A stretch of DNA of 64,000 nt from IMG/VR virus record IMGVR_UViG_3300033182_000674, positions 124,001 to 188,000 of that record; one strand, given 5' to 3'. The notes under the pieces are model-generated. The model did not search any database. It had not been told where the DNA came from and saw nothing but the letters and a program-made list of their open reading frames with translations. The position numbers and the translations under genes were made by a program. Shown here in pieces: positions 19,213-29,600 of this stretch (within the stretch, counting starts at the first letter, position 1; each line of letters starts with the position of its first letter).

Positions 19213-20850
19213 TCAATATTCTTCTACAGAGTAAGTAACTTGCCAAGGATCATCTCTTTCAACATATGGATCATCTAATCCATCATCTCTAAATCCAATT
19301 GGCATCATATTTTCCATCATATCTTCTTCATTTATTTGTTTTAGCGCTTTCATTGTATTGATATCAGTAATATCCTTAAAGAAAGTTTGATCTGTTAACC
19401 AACCAAATAATACTAAACACATAACTAAGTCATCATGATTACCTGACTCAGCTTCGTATGAATTACCTTTTCTTGAGAATGTTGATAATTCTCCAATAGT
19501 TTCAAAATCATTTACAATTAATTGATCTTGTTCTATTAACATTTTAAGCATATTACAACCAATTGCTTTTACAGATTTAGTTGTTCTTATACCTTTATCT
19601 GAACTCTTACCGAATCCAGATGAAATTCTTTTACCAGATCTACCAGCAGATTCTGTATGTAATAATGTTTCTTTTTCAAACTCATAATGCAGTAACTCAG
19701 ATACTTGTTCACCAATATCATTTACTTCTATGAGTGTATAAGCATCATTATACATATTAGTTGTTCTAAAGATAACCTCAGCATAGTCAATTGGTGTTAT
19801 CATATTATCTCTAAAGGTTGCCACTTGTTGATATGGCATCTTTGTAACATCCATAATTTGAAATGCTGAATAGTCTAATCCTTTACCTCTAGACACGTCA
19901 ACTACGCAAACATAAGTATGATCTGCTTTTGGTTCTTTATAAATGGATAATCCATTCTTTTCTTTTAAAGGATTTCTAAAGACTAGTTCTTTTAATTTGG
20001 ATCCATCAATAAGAGTATTAGAACTACCAAGGAAAGCACACTCGTACTCTTGAGCAAACTTTTGCATATCAAAGTCAAGTGCTTCTAATGTTTCCTGTTT
20101 CCATTTTTCATCACGGCCAGGAACATCATACCACATAACCTGAAGGAACTTATAACCATTACGGTTTTCTTTTGCGCCTTCGCACGTTTTATAGAAATGA
20201 TTTAATCCATTAGGTGTTGATGTCATTAAGACTTTAGTATCAGTACCAGAAGAGATAGTAGGATAAACAGAAGCAAAAAACTCGTCATAACCCTCGATAA
20301 ATGCAACCTCGTCCATGTATAAGAATGAAATAGATTTACCACGAATTGCCGATGAGGTTGTTGAACCAGCAAATACTTTACAACCATTCTCTAGTTCTAT
20401 ATTACCTTTATTCCATTCCTTTACACCTTGTTGCATCCATTTAGGTAATGCTTCATATGCGATCTTAATTCTTTCAAGAACTTCTCTTGCTGCATCACCT
20501 TTATTTGCTAACAATGCAACTGTTTTGTGTTCATTAAATAGAATATAATGAAGAATTACCGCAACCGCAGTTGTGGTTTTACCAGCTTGTCTTGATGTAA
20601 GAACTGCAACACGACGATTATTCATTATAAGATCACAAATCTCTTTTTGATAATCGTACATATCCATTGGGATAAGACCTTTATCCACATGAACAATCTT
20701 TATATAATTCTCAGAAAAATGTATAGGATCTTTGGCACACCTAACATATTCTTGTACGGTCTCTGGAGTCCATTCAATTAATACATTAGATCGTTTTAAG
20801 TTTAAATTACCAAGATACCCTTTTGCTTTTTCAGCGATATCTTCAATCAT
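19213..20850 (-). CDS. 17: Terminase large subunit gp17
   Basis: SRQAGKTT Walker A, YMDEVAF, STPNGLNHFY, QEYEC and HDDLVM motifs. The ATG at 20850 is preferred over the GTG at 20862 because of its RBS and coupling to the gene 16 stop. Confidence 0.98.
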   Translation of the reverse strand: MIEDIAEKAKGYLGNLNLKRSNVLIEWTPETVQEYVRCAKDPIHFSENYIKIVHVDKGLIPMDMYDYQKEICDLIMNNRRVAVLTSRQAGKTTTAVAVILHYILFNEHKTVALLANKGDAAREVLERIKIAYEALPKWMQQGVKEWNKGNIELENGCKVFAGSTTSSAIRGKSISFLYMDEVAFIEGYDEFFASVYPTISSGTDTKVLMTSTPNGLNHFYKTCEGAKENRNGYKFLQVMWYDVPGRDEKWKQETLEALDFDMQKFAQEYECAFLGSSNTLIDGSKLKELVFRNPLKEKNGLSIYKEPKADHTYVCVVDVSRGKGLDYSAFQIMDVTKMPYQQVATFRDNMITPIDYAEVIFRTTNMYNDAYTLIEVNDIGEQVSELLHYEFEKETLLHTESAGRSGKRISSGFGKSSDKGIRTTKSVKAIGCNMLKMLIEQDQLIVNDFETIGELSTFSRKGNSYEAESGNHDDLVMCLVLFGWLTDQTFFKDITDINTMKALKQINEEDMMENMMPIGFRDDGLDDPYVERDDPWQVTYSVEEY

Positions 20851-21214
20851 TAACAATCTCACCTTCTATATCATCAATCACTTTATTCTCATTATCATTC
20901 ATATCTGCAATCATCTTTTGTAAATCGGTTGTACTACCCATAAAGACCGCAGTGTTATTTGTAATTTGTTTTGGTTCTTCACCTTTAGCTGGTGCATCAA
21001 TAACTTTCTTTTTCTTATGTAGATCCATAAGACGATCGTTAACATCAGATATATTCTTAATCATACCTGAGACTACTTCAAAAGCACGAGGATGTTCTAA
21101 TGCTCGAGCAACCTCAATCATTTCTTCTAATGCACCTTGACCTTTTTCAATTAGATCATAATAGGTTCTTTTTGAATATTCGAAATCATCATCTATATCG
21201 TTTTTATCACTCAT
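20843..21214 (-). CDS. 16: Terminase small subunit gp16
   Basis: HPRAFEVVSGMIK and FMGSTTDLQKM motifs. Upstream of gene 17. Confidence 0.93.
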   Translation of the reverse strand: MSDKNDIDDDFEYSKRTYYDLIEKGQGALEEMIEVARALEHPRAFEVVSGMIKNISDVNDRLMDLHKKKKVIDAPAKGEEPKQITNNTAVFMGSTTDLQKMIADMNDNENKVIDDIEGEIVND

Positions 21215-21223
21215 AAATCACCT

Positions 21224-22552
21224 TTAATTAAATAATATACCGTCACCATCTGAATCTAAGAGACCAACTGTAATTGGATGTACAATCTGTGTTGAATCAT
21301 AATCAGTAAATTGTAGAATATCACCAACACGATTAACAATAGATGGTAGTAAATTATATGAATCATATCTATTTAATATGTCAACTAATCCATCAGTATT
21401 TTCTGAATCAACGTTGTATTCGATTACTACGTTATCATAAGATACTAAATAATTACCTCTGAAATAACTCATTTTATCAATTATATTATCTAAATCAGTA
21501 GATAGAGATGAATCAATAAATTCATTTGTTTGGTATTGTCTATCTGTAATTCTAGCAATCATACTAGTCAAATCACTATCAATTTGAGAATCAGCTGACA
21601 TTGGATATTTAATTTCATTATCATATCCATAGTATCTCATAATCTTAATAGTATCTGAATCCATAATGGTCAATGCAGAATCATAACTAATATATGGTTG
21701 TCCAATTGAATCATACTTATAGAATGGTTTCAATGGATTAGCAATAAATCTAGATGGATTTCTATCTGAATCAGGCTCAAACTCTTCATGAATAGTTTTA
21801 ATAAAGCCAAATGAAACTTCAGCAGAGTCTAGACTAATACCATGTGAATCGCCAGTTAAGATATATTGTTGTAGTTTATCATCAACAATAGTAGCTTGAT
21901 CCATTTCAAACATATCGATAGTAGCTTTTCTGATGATATCGCTTTGAGTGATTGGGCCGTAGAAGTTAACATGCATTAGAAAATCTAATGTATAGATTAT
22001 AGTTCTTCTATCAGCAACCGCACCTTCATAATCATCAGTAAAGGTTACACCTTGAATAGAAATAGGAACGTCTTCTCTTAATTCTGGTGCTAATTCAGTA
22101 AATGGTTTAATAGTTAATGTATATTGTGGATTAAAATATGGTAATATCTGCTCTACGATTTGTAACGCATCATCTTGCTGTTTAGCAAAAATATTTAATT
22201 GCATATTAATATCATATGGAGCAGGAGTAAAGAATTTATTCTTTCTATCGTCCTTAAATACATTATTATAATTATTAAGCTTTGGAATCTTTCTTTCTGG
22301 ATTATAACTTAATGCAATAATCTCAAAAGACATTCTAGGTAATTTTAAAGCTACTTGTTGATTATTATCTAAGTCTGGATTATTACGAATTCTCTCTAAA
22401 TACTTATCCTTTGGCGCATAAGATAATGGAACTTTAACCTGACTAATAGTTTTACCAGATGCATTTTGTCTTAGAACATGAATGTTATTAAACATTGTTC
22501 CGAAGATTGCAACTGCTTTTCTTAATCTTTGATGATAAAAATACTGAAACAT
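21224..22552 (-). CDS. 15: Tail sheath stabiliser gp15, with a long DS-rich C-terminal extension
   Basis: FGTMFNNI, KVPLSYAPK, LPRMSFE and EQILPYFNP motifs in the first about 215 aa. The remainder is not gp15-like. Confidence 0.93.
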   Translation of the reverse strand: MFQYFYHQRLRKAVAIFGTMFNNIHVLRQNASGKTISQVKVPLSYAPKDKYLERIRNNPDLDNNQQVALKLPRMSFEIIALSYNPERKIPKLNNYNNVFKDDRKNKFFTPAPYDINMQLNIFAKQQDDALQIVEQILPYFNPQYTLTIKPFTELAPELREDVPISIQGVTFTDDYEGAVADRRTIIYTLDFLMHVNFYGPITQSDIIRKATIDMFEMDQATIVDDKLQQYILTGDSHGISLDSAEVSFGFIKTIHEEFEPDSDRNPSRFIANPLKPFYKYDSIGQPYISYDSALTIMDSDTIKIMRYYGYDNEIKYPMSADSQIDSDLTSMIARITDRQYQTNEFIDSSLSTDLDNIIDKMSYFRGNYLVSYDNVVIEYNVDSENTDGLVDILNRYDSYNLLPSIVNRVGDILQFTDYDSTQIVHPITVGLLDSDGDGILFN

Positions 22553-22563
22553 TATATTATCTC

Positions 22564-23550
22564 TTAACTAAACGGGTTACTTGAATTATCAACTTCATCA
22601 TCAGGATCACCAAATGGATTAGCCTCAGAGAAATCTAAGAAGTCTAATAGATAATTATCTGATGCAGCATTAAATTCATCATTTTGTTCTGTACCAGTAC
22701 TACTTAAGCTTTCATATACAGCTTTAATAATTCTGGTTTCTTGCTGAGTTTGACTTTCTTTGACACCATCAAATCCTTCGGTATATGGTGGAAGAATAAT
22801 ATCCAATGGACCAGGTTCAAACATTACATACTCACCAGAATCTCCACCAACATGAGCAACTTCTACAATATGCGTTGTTCTATTGTAAGATATAACTTCA
22901 CCGTGTACTTTCTTACCTGATGCCAAGACTTGTTCAATCTCTCTACCAGGTGTAAAGTTAGGTGCCCAATCAGCATTATCGCTATCCCAGTTAGGCATTA
23001 AGTGTAATGCAACTGTATAACCAAGTTGTTCAATATCATCGATTTCATTAATAGATGTATCAAAGTCTTCATCATTATATTCAAACAACTCACATTGTAA
23101 CTTATAAGTTGGTAAGTTATTTATTTGATAGAATGGTTGTTGATGTTCCACATGCATAATCTGGAACATTGAATTAGATAGCGGTAAGTAAATTAAATCA
23201 CCTTCTAATGGTCTTTCACCTGTAATATCATTTTGAGGATCACCAATAATATAAGTCCATCTTCTTCTAGCAACAATAAAGGTTGCTTGGTCTCTAATTT
23301 CTACACCAAACTTGGTAAATAGATCTCCTTCACCATCAAAACCTTCGGTGTTTTCAATATACATTTCGATCTTATACGCAGTAGAAAATCTTGAAGGTAC
23401 ATCTTCACCAAATATTTTGTTTTCATTTACAATTTCTCTTGGTAAATAATAAACATCTTGACCATATATTTTTAAAGACTCAATTATAATGTCTTCATAT
23501 AATCTTTGTTCACTTCTTACGCGCTCAGAGAAAAATCTATTTCTAGCCAT
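22564..23550 (-). CDS. 14: Neck protein gp14
   Basis: YGQDVYYLPR, EGFDGEGDLFTKFG, EGDLIYLP, YKLQCELFEY and DFSEANPFG motifs. Confidence 0.96.
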   Translation of the reverse strand: MARNRFFSERVRSEQRLYEDIIIESLKIYGQDVYYLPREIVNENKIFGEDVPSRFSTAYKIEMYIENTEGFDGEGDLFTKFGVEIRDQATFIVARRRWTYIIGDPQNDITGERPLEGDLIYLPLSNSMFQIMHVEHQQPFYQINNLPTYKLQCELFEYNDEDFDTSINEIDDIEQLGYTVALHLMPNWDSDNADWAPNFTPGREIEQVLASGKKVHGEVISYNRTTHIVEVAHVGGDSGEYVMFEPGPLDIILPPYTEGFDGVKESQTQQETRIIKAVYESLSSTGTEQNDEFNAASDNYLLDFLDFSEANPFGDPDDEVDNSSNPFS

Positions 23551-23553
23551 GAT

Positions 23554-24309
23554 TTATCCCATATAAAAATCTGCAGGTAACTCGTATTCGAGTCTCATAT
23601 TCTCTTCTAACTTTTGAATATCTGTTTGTGCATCTTCATAGATTTGTCTACCATTTAATGTAACACCACCTGGAAGTTGCATACCTTCAAATTTAATTAA
23701 GTTTTGACCCCACTGTCTTTTAAACAATGCGGTAGTATAATTCTTAATGAATCTATCATTATAAACCGATTTATGTGTTTCAGGATCTATAATCTGATAA
23801 ACCTCTGCTACTACATAATCTCCTTCTTTAATATCACCATCACGAAGATCTCCAAAGATGTATAATCTTCCTTCTCTTCTGGTAAATGATACTTGAGGAT
23901 GCCCATTTAGTTTAGTATCTAATAAAGAAAGATATTGCTGCATCTGATCATAATATGCTAAATCACCTGCAAAGTTCTGAAGATCAGCAATATCATTTAG
24001 CATCATTTGATATTTTACATCAAAGAAATTTAGAGAACCACCAAATGAAGCACTTACTGGGAATAAATGTGAAATATAAATGATATTATCAGACACTGGA
24101 ATATATCCATTAGTAATATCATCTGCAGTTACTTGATGCTTAAAATATATTTTGAGAGTTGCATCAGAATGAAACTCTTGATAGAACTCAAGAGCTTCGT
24201 CAATACGATCTTCCATTTGATCATATTCAATATTGATTTCAATTACAGGTGAGCCTAAATTGCGTAAACAATAATCTTTTAATTCTTCTCTGTTAGTAAC
24301 CGCTGGCAT
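23554..24309 (-). CDS. 13: Neck protein gp13
   Basis: YCLRNLGSPVIEIN and KRQWGQNLIKFEGMQLPGGVTLNG motifs. Confidence 0.97.
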   Translation of the reverse strand: MPAVTNREELKDYCLRNLGSPVIEINIEYDQMEDRIDEALEFYQEFHSDATLKIYFKHQVTADDITNGYIPVSDNIIYISHLFPVSASFGGSLNFFDVKYQMMLNDIADLQNFAGDLAYYDQMQQYLSLLDTKLNGHPQVSFTRREGRLYIFGDLRDGDIKEGDYVVAEVYQIIDPETHKSVYNDRFIKNYTTALFKRQWGQNLIKFEGMQLPGGVTLNGRQIYEDAQTDIQKLEENMRLEYELPADFYMG

Positions 24310-24344
24310 ATCATTATCCTAGTAGAAATTTAATTACTTTCTAC

Positions 24345-24352
24345 TATTTATA
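24345..24352 (-). promoter_or_regulatory. T4-type late promoter (gene 13)
   Basis: Exact TATAAATA, followed by an 8-bp inverted repeat (24321-24345) just before the RBS. Confidence 0.85.
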
Positions 24353-24357
24353 TGTTT

Positions 24358-26661
24358 TTAACCAGCAACTTCATAAGGAATAGCAGTTGAATATTCATCA
24401 ACTGAGATATTATTCTTACCTAAAATAAGTATGCCATTACCTGAATCATTAAATTGAATATCTTCTATAGTTTTAGTATTGCCAGTAAGAACTAATAATT
24501 TTTCATAAGATAGATTTAAATTACTATCAAATCCAAATTGTTGAACAATACCATCGCCTCCAAGATATAACTTACCAGCAGTTTCTTCTATTTCTAATGC
24601 TTGCCAATTTGTACCATAAATTGATGGAATACTATACGAATCACCAGTAGCAATAAGATCGCTAATTAATGTGGAGTCTTGTCTTTCATATTTTAAAATT
24701 CTATTTGCAGTATTATCTAATGTGTATACCTTTTTATTATCATCACTCATATAGAATGCATTAATAGGATGATTAAAATATAATTCCTTATCATTTAATG
24801 GATATTCAAAAGTAGCTGTATTTAAATTAGAATCAATATCATATTCGTATATAATACCATTTCCTTGTAAATATAAACGATTATAATTAGAATCTTCTAA
24901 TTTCATTATAGCTGATAAACTATAATTTTGTTGAACATAGTCTGAACTATCTTCTAAAGAAATTGTAGAGATATCATCATTTAGTATATTGTATTGTCTT
25001 ATTTTAGTTGTATTTGCAATATATAATCTATCATCTTTTATTTCAAGTGATTGATGATTGGAACCAAATGGAGGAATTATAACATCTTGTTCCGCAACGT
25101 TCATTCCTAAAGCTGTATTAAGATTAGTTAAATCATATTCATGACCAGCATTAAAAGTATAACGATAAACTGTACTAGCAGAAGTATTTAAAATATATAA
25201 TGATGAACCATCATCTGAAATACGTATACCAACAACTCCTTCATCTCTATAACCAGCCGCAGGACAATCTCCTCTACTATTCGCTACACCTATTTCATGC
25301 ATTATTGTTTGGCTAAGTGCCGCTGTTGATAAATCCCAAGGTGTAGATAAGTCATATCTTTTAATTTCTCCTTGGTTATATGCCATGCCAGTAATAACAT
25401 ACATATACATTCCGTCAGAAGAAAAACACATAGCTTTTTGTCTAGCATAATGTGTATAACGAGTATACCAGCGATTGACTGTATATGAACTATTTATATT
25501 ATAAATATATATCGATTTTATAAAAGATTCAGCATTACAATATCTACGTTGTCTCCAACTAGGATAACCTGGAATTTCAATAACTTGACGATAATCACCA
25601 ATTGCTTCTGAATGATAATGTTCTGATGTAGATATTCTATATGGTATTCTTAGTTTATAGCTATGAATATTATTACTATTATCTAGCGTGTAATACCAAT
25701 TTCCATCATTTGAAACAAAAGAATCTCTATCTATATTAGTGTTTTCAAAATACGATGCATTAAAATTAGTAGTTAATATATCCCAAGGTGTACTAAGTTC
25801 GAACTGAGATATTTTTCTTTTACTATTATCCGATACGTGAACGATATTACCAGTACTATTAAACACTATATCAGAAGGATCTGAAATTTGACTTGTATTA
25901 AAATTATATTGATTATTTGTACTTTTTAAAGTTTTAATTGTATGTGGAGTAGCATCTGAATCTATAGCAAATTCATATATGGCATCTGTTCCATTATCAG
26001 CTATAAATGATTTAAACCCATCACTTGACCAATCAAAACCTTCAGGCGAAGTAATATTAGGATCAGTAAATGTTTTATACTTTACTAAAGGTTGACCTAT
26101 TCTTGTTTCTTTTAAATGATTCGGATTATTATAATTATTACCAATTAATGCAATGTGATTATGAGAATATTCATAATTTAAAAATAATTCTATTGCTTCA
26201 TCTGAATCACTTACTCCAGTTACTCTAGGAATACGTTTTTTACCATCAATAGTAACAGAACCAGTAGCTCTTAAGAAAGCAATTTTATTCCATTCCTCAG
26301 GTATTGTAGAATTCCTTGGAAAATCTAAATAAAATGGTGGAGTATTTGGCGCCGAAGTTGTAATTACAACATTAGGTTGTTTACTATATGTTTGAGAAGT
26401 TGAGCGCGTAAGTGTCCATGAAATAGGATTCATATCAGAATCAAAATGTGGTAATGTGATAATTGCTGAATGTGCATCAATCTCTGGATCATAGTCATCG
26501 ACTAATGAAAAATTAACACCAATCTTATCAACATAAACATCTTTTATATAATCTTTATTGAGTGCAAATATTGGAACATTAACACCATCTATTTCTGTAA
26601 AAATAGAACCAACACTAGAATCATAAAATGTATTTGAGTATTCTACTGGTATAGATTCCAT
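24358..26661 (-). CDS. 767-aa beta-propeller-type virion/adhesin protein
   Basis: Repeated blade-like units (FSSDG-x-x-MY, LSTPWDxxT). Located in the tail gene block. Confidence 0.6.
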   Translation of the reverse strand: MESIPVEYSNTFYDSSVGSIFTEIDGVNVPIFALNKDYIKDVYVDKIGVNFSLVDDYDPEIDAHSAIITLPHFDSDMNPISWTLTRSTSQTYSKQPNVVITTSAPNTPPFYLDFPRNSTIPEEWNKIAFLRATGSVTIDGKKRIPRVTGVSDSDEAIELFLNYEYSHNHIALIGNNYNNPNHLKETRIGQPLVKYKTFTDPNITSPEGFDWSSDGFKSFIADNGTDAIYEFAIDSDATPHTIKTLKSTNNQYNFNTSQISDPSDIVFNSTGNIVHVSDNSKRKISQFELSTPWDILTTNFNASYFENTNIDRDSFVSNDGNWYYTLDNSNNIHSYKLRIPYRISTSEHYHSEAIGDYRQVIEIPGYPSWRQRRYCNAESFIKSIYIYNINSSYTVNRWYTRYTHYARQKAMCFSSDGMYMYVITGMAYNQGEIKRYDLSTPWDLSTAALSQTIMHEIGVANSRGDCPAAGYRDEGVVGIRISDDGSSLYILNTSASTVYRYTFNAGHEYDLTNLNTALGMNVAEQDVIIPPFGSNHQSLEIKDDRLYIANTTKIRQYNILNDDISTISLEDSSDYVQQNYSLSAIMKLEDSNYNRLYLQGNGIIYEYDIDSNLNTATFEYPLNDKELYFNHPINAFYMSDDNKKVYTLDNTANRILKYERQDSTLISDLIATGDSYSIPSIYGTNWQALEIEETAGKLYLGGDGIVQQFGFDSNLNLSYEKLLVLTGNTKTIEDIQFNDSGNGILILGKNNISVDEYSTAIPYEVAG

Positions 26662-26662
26662 T

Positions 26663-29600
26663 TTAAACTCCGATTAATGGTTCTTCATAATATGAATCAA
26701 AATCAAAATCATTAACATTTAATCCACTTAAAGGTAAGTATTCCATATTTACATATTGAATTGCACCTGGGAAGTTAAAATTGCTAATTGTTGTTTGATA
26801 TCTGTTACATATTACAGAAATTCTAATATTATCTTCTAATACAGTATATTCATCTAACGTTATCACTGGATAAATGTTGCTATCAATATATCCTTCAAAT
26901 TGAATGACAGCTTCTCGGCCTGTCATCATAGATTGATCTTGGCCAGACAAAAGACGTATTAAATAATTCTTATTTATAGAATCATCGCCAATGTCAACTA
27001 ATTGAGAATAATTTTGAAAATCTTCATATTTCCAAAGAATTTCATTATTTTCTTCGTCATATTTTCTTAATGATACAACAACACCTAATGCACTATCTTG
27101 ATCATACTCTGCAGAATCGAATATTAGTGGAGCTGCAGTATTCCAACTAGGTCTGTTTAAAACTTTAGTAGTTGGATTTCTGCCTGATGAATCTACAATA
27201 ACACCATTAATTGGATAATATGTTTCCACATCAAACCATCTATATGCATCTGCACTAAACGGACTAAATGAAGATTTAGTGACTGTTCCTACTTTTGTTA
27301 ATAAGCTTGATCCAGGAATATCTATATCATTTGCAGCAACAATTAAATCGTCGTTTTGATCACCTTGATATTGTTCTAAAGGTCTAGAAACAGAATCGAT
27401 GTTTGATGTTTTAATTCTAAACGCTTTAATATAACCATTTAAATTTTCTACAGTATAATTACCAGTAACATTATTTAATGATAAACCACCACCAATATAT
27501 AATTGTGCTGAGTCAAAGTTAAAATTAATTTGTTCACTATGAATAGTAGAATCATTATGATCAACAGTAATTACACCACTATCATATGTTAGTCTAATAT
27601 ATTCCCAAGTATCTAACTCAGTATTAGTTGGAATTTGATTATTATTAATTAATAAATCACCATTGGTGTTATGAGATAATAATATTAAACTATCAACACC
27701 AGCTGAAACAAGTAATTCTGTAGAACTATCTACTGTTGGAATACTTGAATCTACAGTGTATCCAGACTCTGCTAATCCAATATTGTGTAACTCAAATCCC
27801 TGAATAAATCCATTATACACACCATGATAAACATAATTAGAATCTGAATAAGCATCATCTTTAGTATTTACAGTTACAACACCACTATAACTATTTGCTG
27901 ATGCCGAAGTTTTATCTGACAAATAACAATTAGTTAAAACAGCTTCGTCACCTTTACCATATGGTGATGCATTAAGTGTAGAATAATTTGTAAATATACA
28001 TTGATCATAATTAATTTGTTGTGTAAAATATGGGCTTTGATAATAAAAAATTAAATTTTCTGAATTATTATCAAAAATAGTTCTATATGCTTTACCGCCA
28101 TTTGCATATACACTATTACACACTTTATAACCATTTGGTTTAAAGTTTGGATCTGGATATCTGTTAACTTTTAAATATGCGTATTGAGATAGATCATCAT
28201 CACCATAACCAAATAACGGGAAGTAAAATAGATTATTGCGATAATTCGAATCATAATCAAGATCAATTACTACATTATTCGGATTATCAGTTGCGCCACA
28301 AAGTAAGAAGTTATTACCTTTAAACAATGTTTCAGCATGGCGACTTATACCAGTAGCACTATAACTATCTTCATACAGTGTTACTTTATATCTTCCTTCT
28401 GGAAGCATTAATACAGCACCATTTGGCATATTAGTTAATGTGTTTGTTAGATCACTATCACCAGTATAATTAAGAATACTATTTAAACCTTTACCAGACT
28501 GATTAGTTACATAATCAATTGCATAATCACTACCACGTTCTTCAAAGTTTAAGCTTAGAATATCAGCACCAATATTTAAAGTATTATCTGAAATACTATC
28601 AAAATTAACATTAGGATAATAAATTAAATCACCAGTAATTGAATCTTGCCATGAATCATAATTACCAAGCAATCCAAAACCAAATCCACCATTTGGTGCA
28701 CCGGCAGTATTATTCTTTGTTAATAAATAATCTGGTGAATAAACTTGAGTTGCAACATCAAAATTAATTTTGACAGATCTTTCTAATCCTTGTGCATTAA
28801 TATACTCCATATCTGAAATAGCAATATAATACTCTTTATCTGGAAGATTTTTATAGCTAGGTCTACCAGCATATGATCCATTCCAATAAAATGTAACACT
28901 CTGATCTGCTTCGTCAACTAATACACTTAAGACATCTCCTTTTTGTAAACTTCTATCATATAATTGCTGAAATTCTTTTAAATATCCATCTTTACCTAAA
29001 TAAATTCCTAACTGATCTTTTCTATTTACACTTTCTACACCTAAGTTGGCATTAAAGGCTTCTTCTGTAATTAAACATAAAAATAATCTTAATGTATTAG
29101 GAATTGAAGTACTAGCTTTATTATTAGCTTCAACAGTTATTTCAAAATAGAATTGATTATTACTTGATGAAGGCATAATAGGATTATCTGTTTTAATTAA
29201 ATATGGCCATCTTCCGTATTGGTCACCATCATAATATAAAGAATTCATATTATATTGATTGCCACCGAAATCTATAATTACTTCTTTATTTGATTGAGTA
29301 ATAATATTATTAGGTTGAGTTAAATTATCACCAAACATACGATATTGTAAGTAATCATTATTAGGAATTGTGGCTGAACCATTTGGCAAATAGTTCTCAT
29401 CAATAATACTTCTATGAACAAGATTTTTAGGAACAGATGCATCTAATGCAGAGACATTTCTCATATTAAAATGTCTATATGTATTTAGCGGCCCAGTACC
29501 CCAAGGTACATTCCAGTTATCACCATCAGCTGCTTGTCTGCGATAGCTCCATCTTGAAATTTGCCCTTGAGCAGCTGGATCAGACGTGTACAACTCAGTA

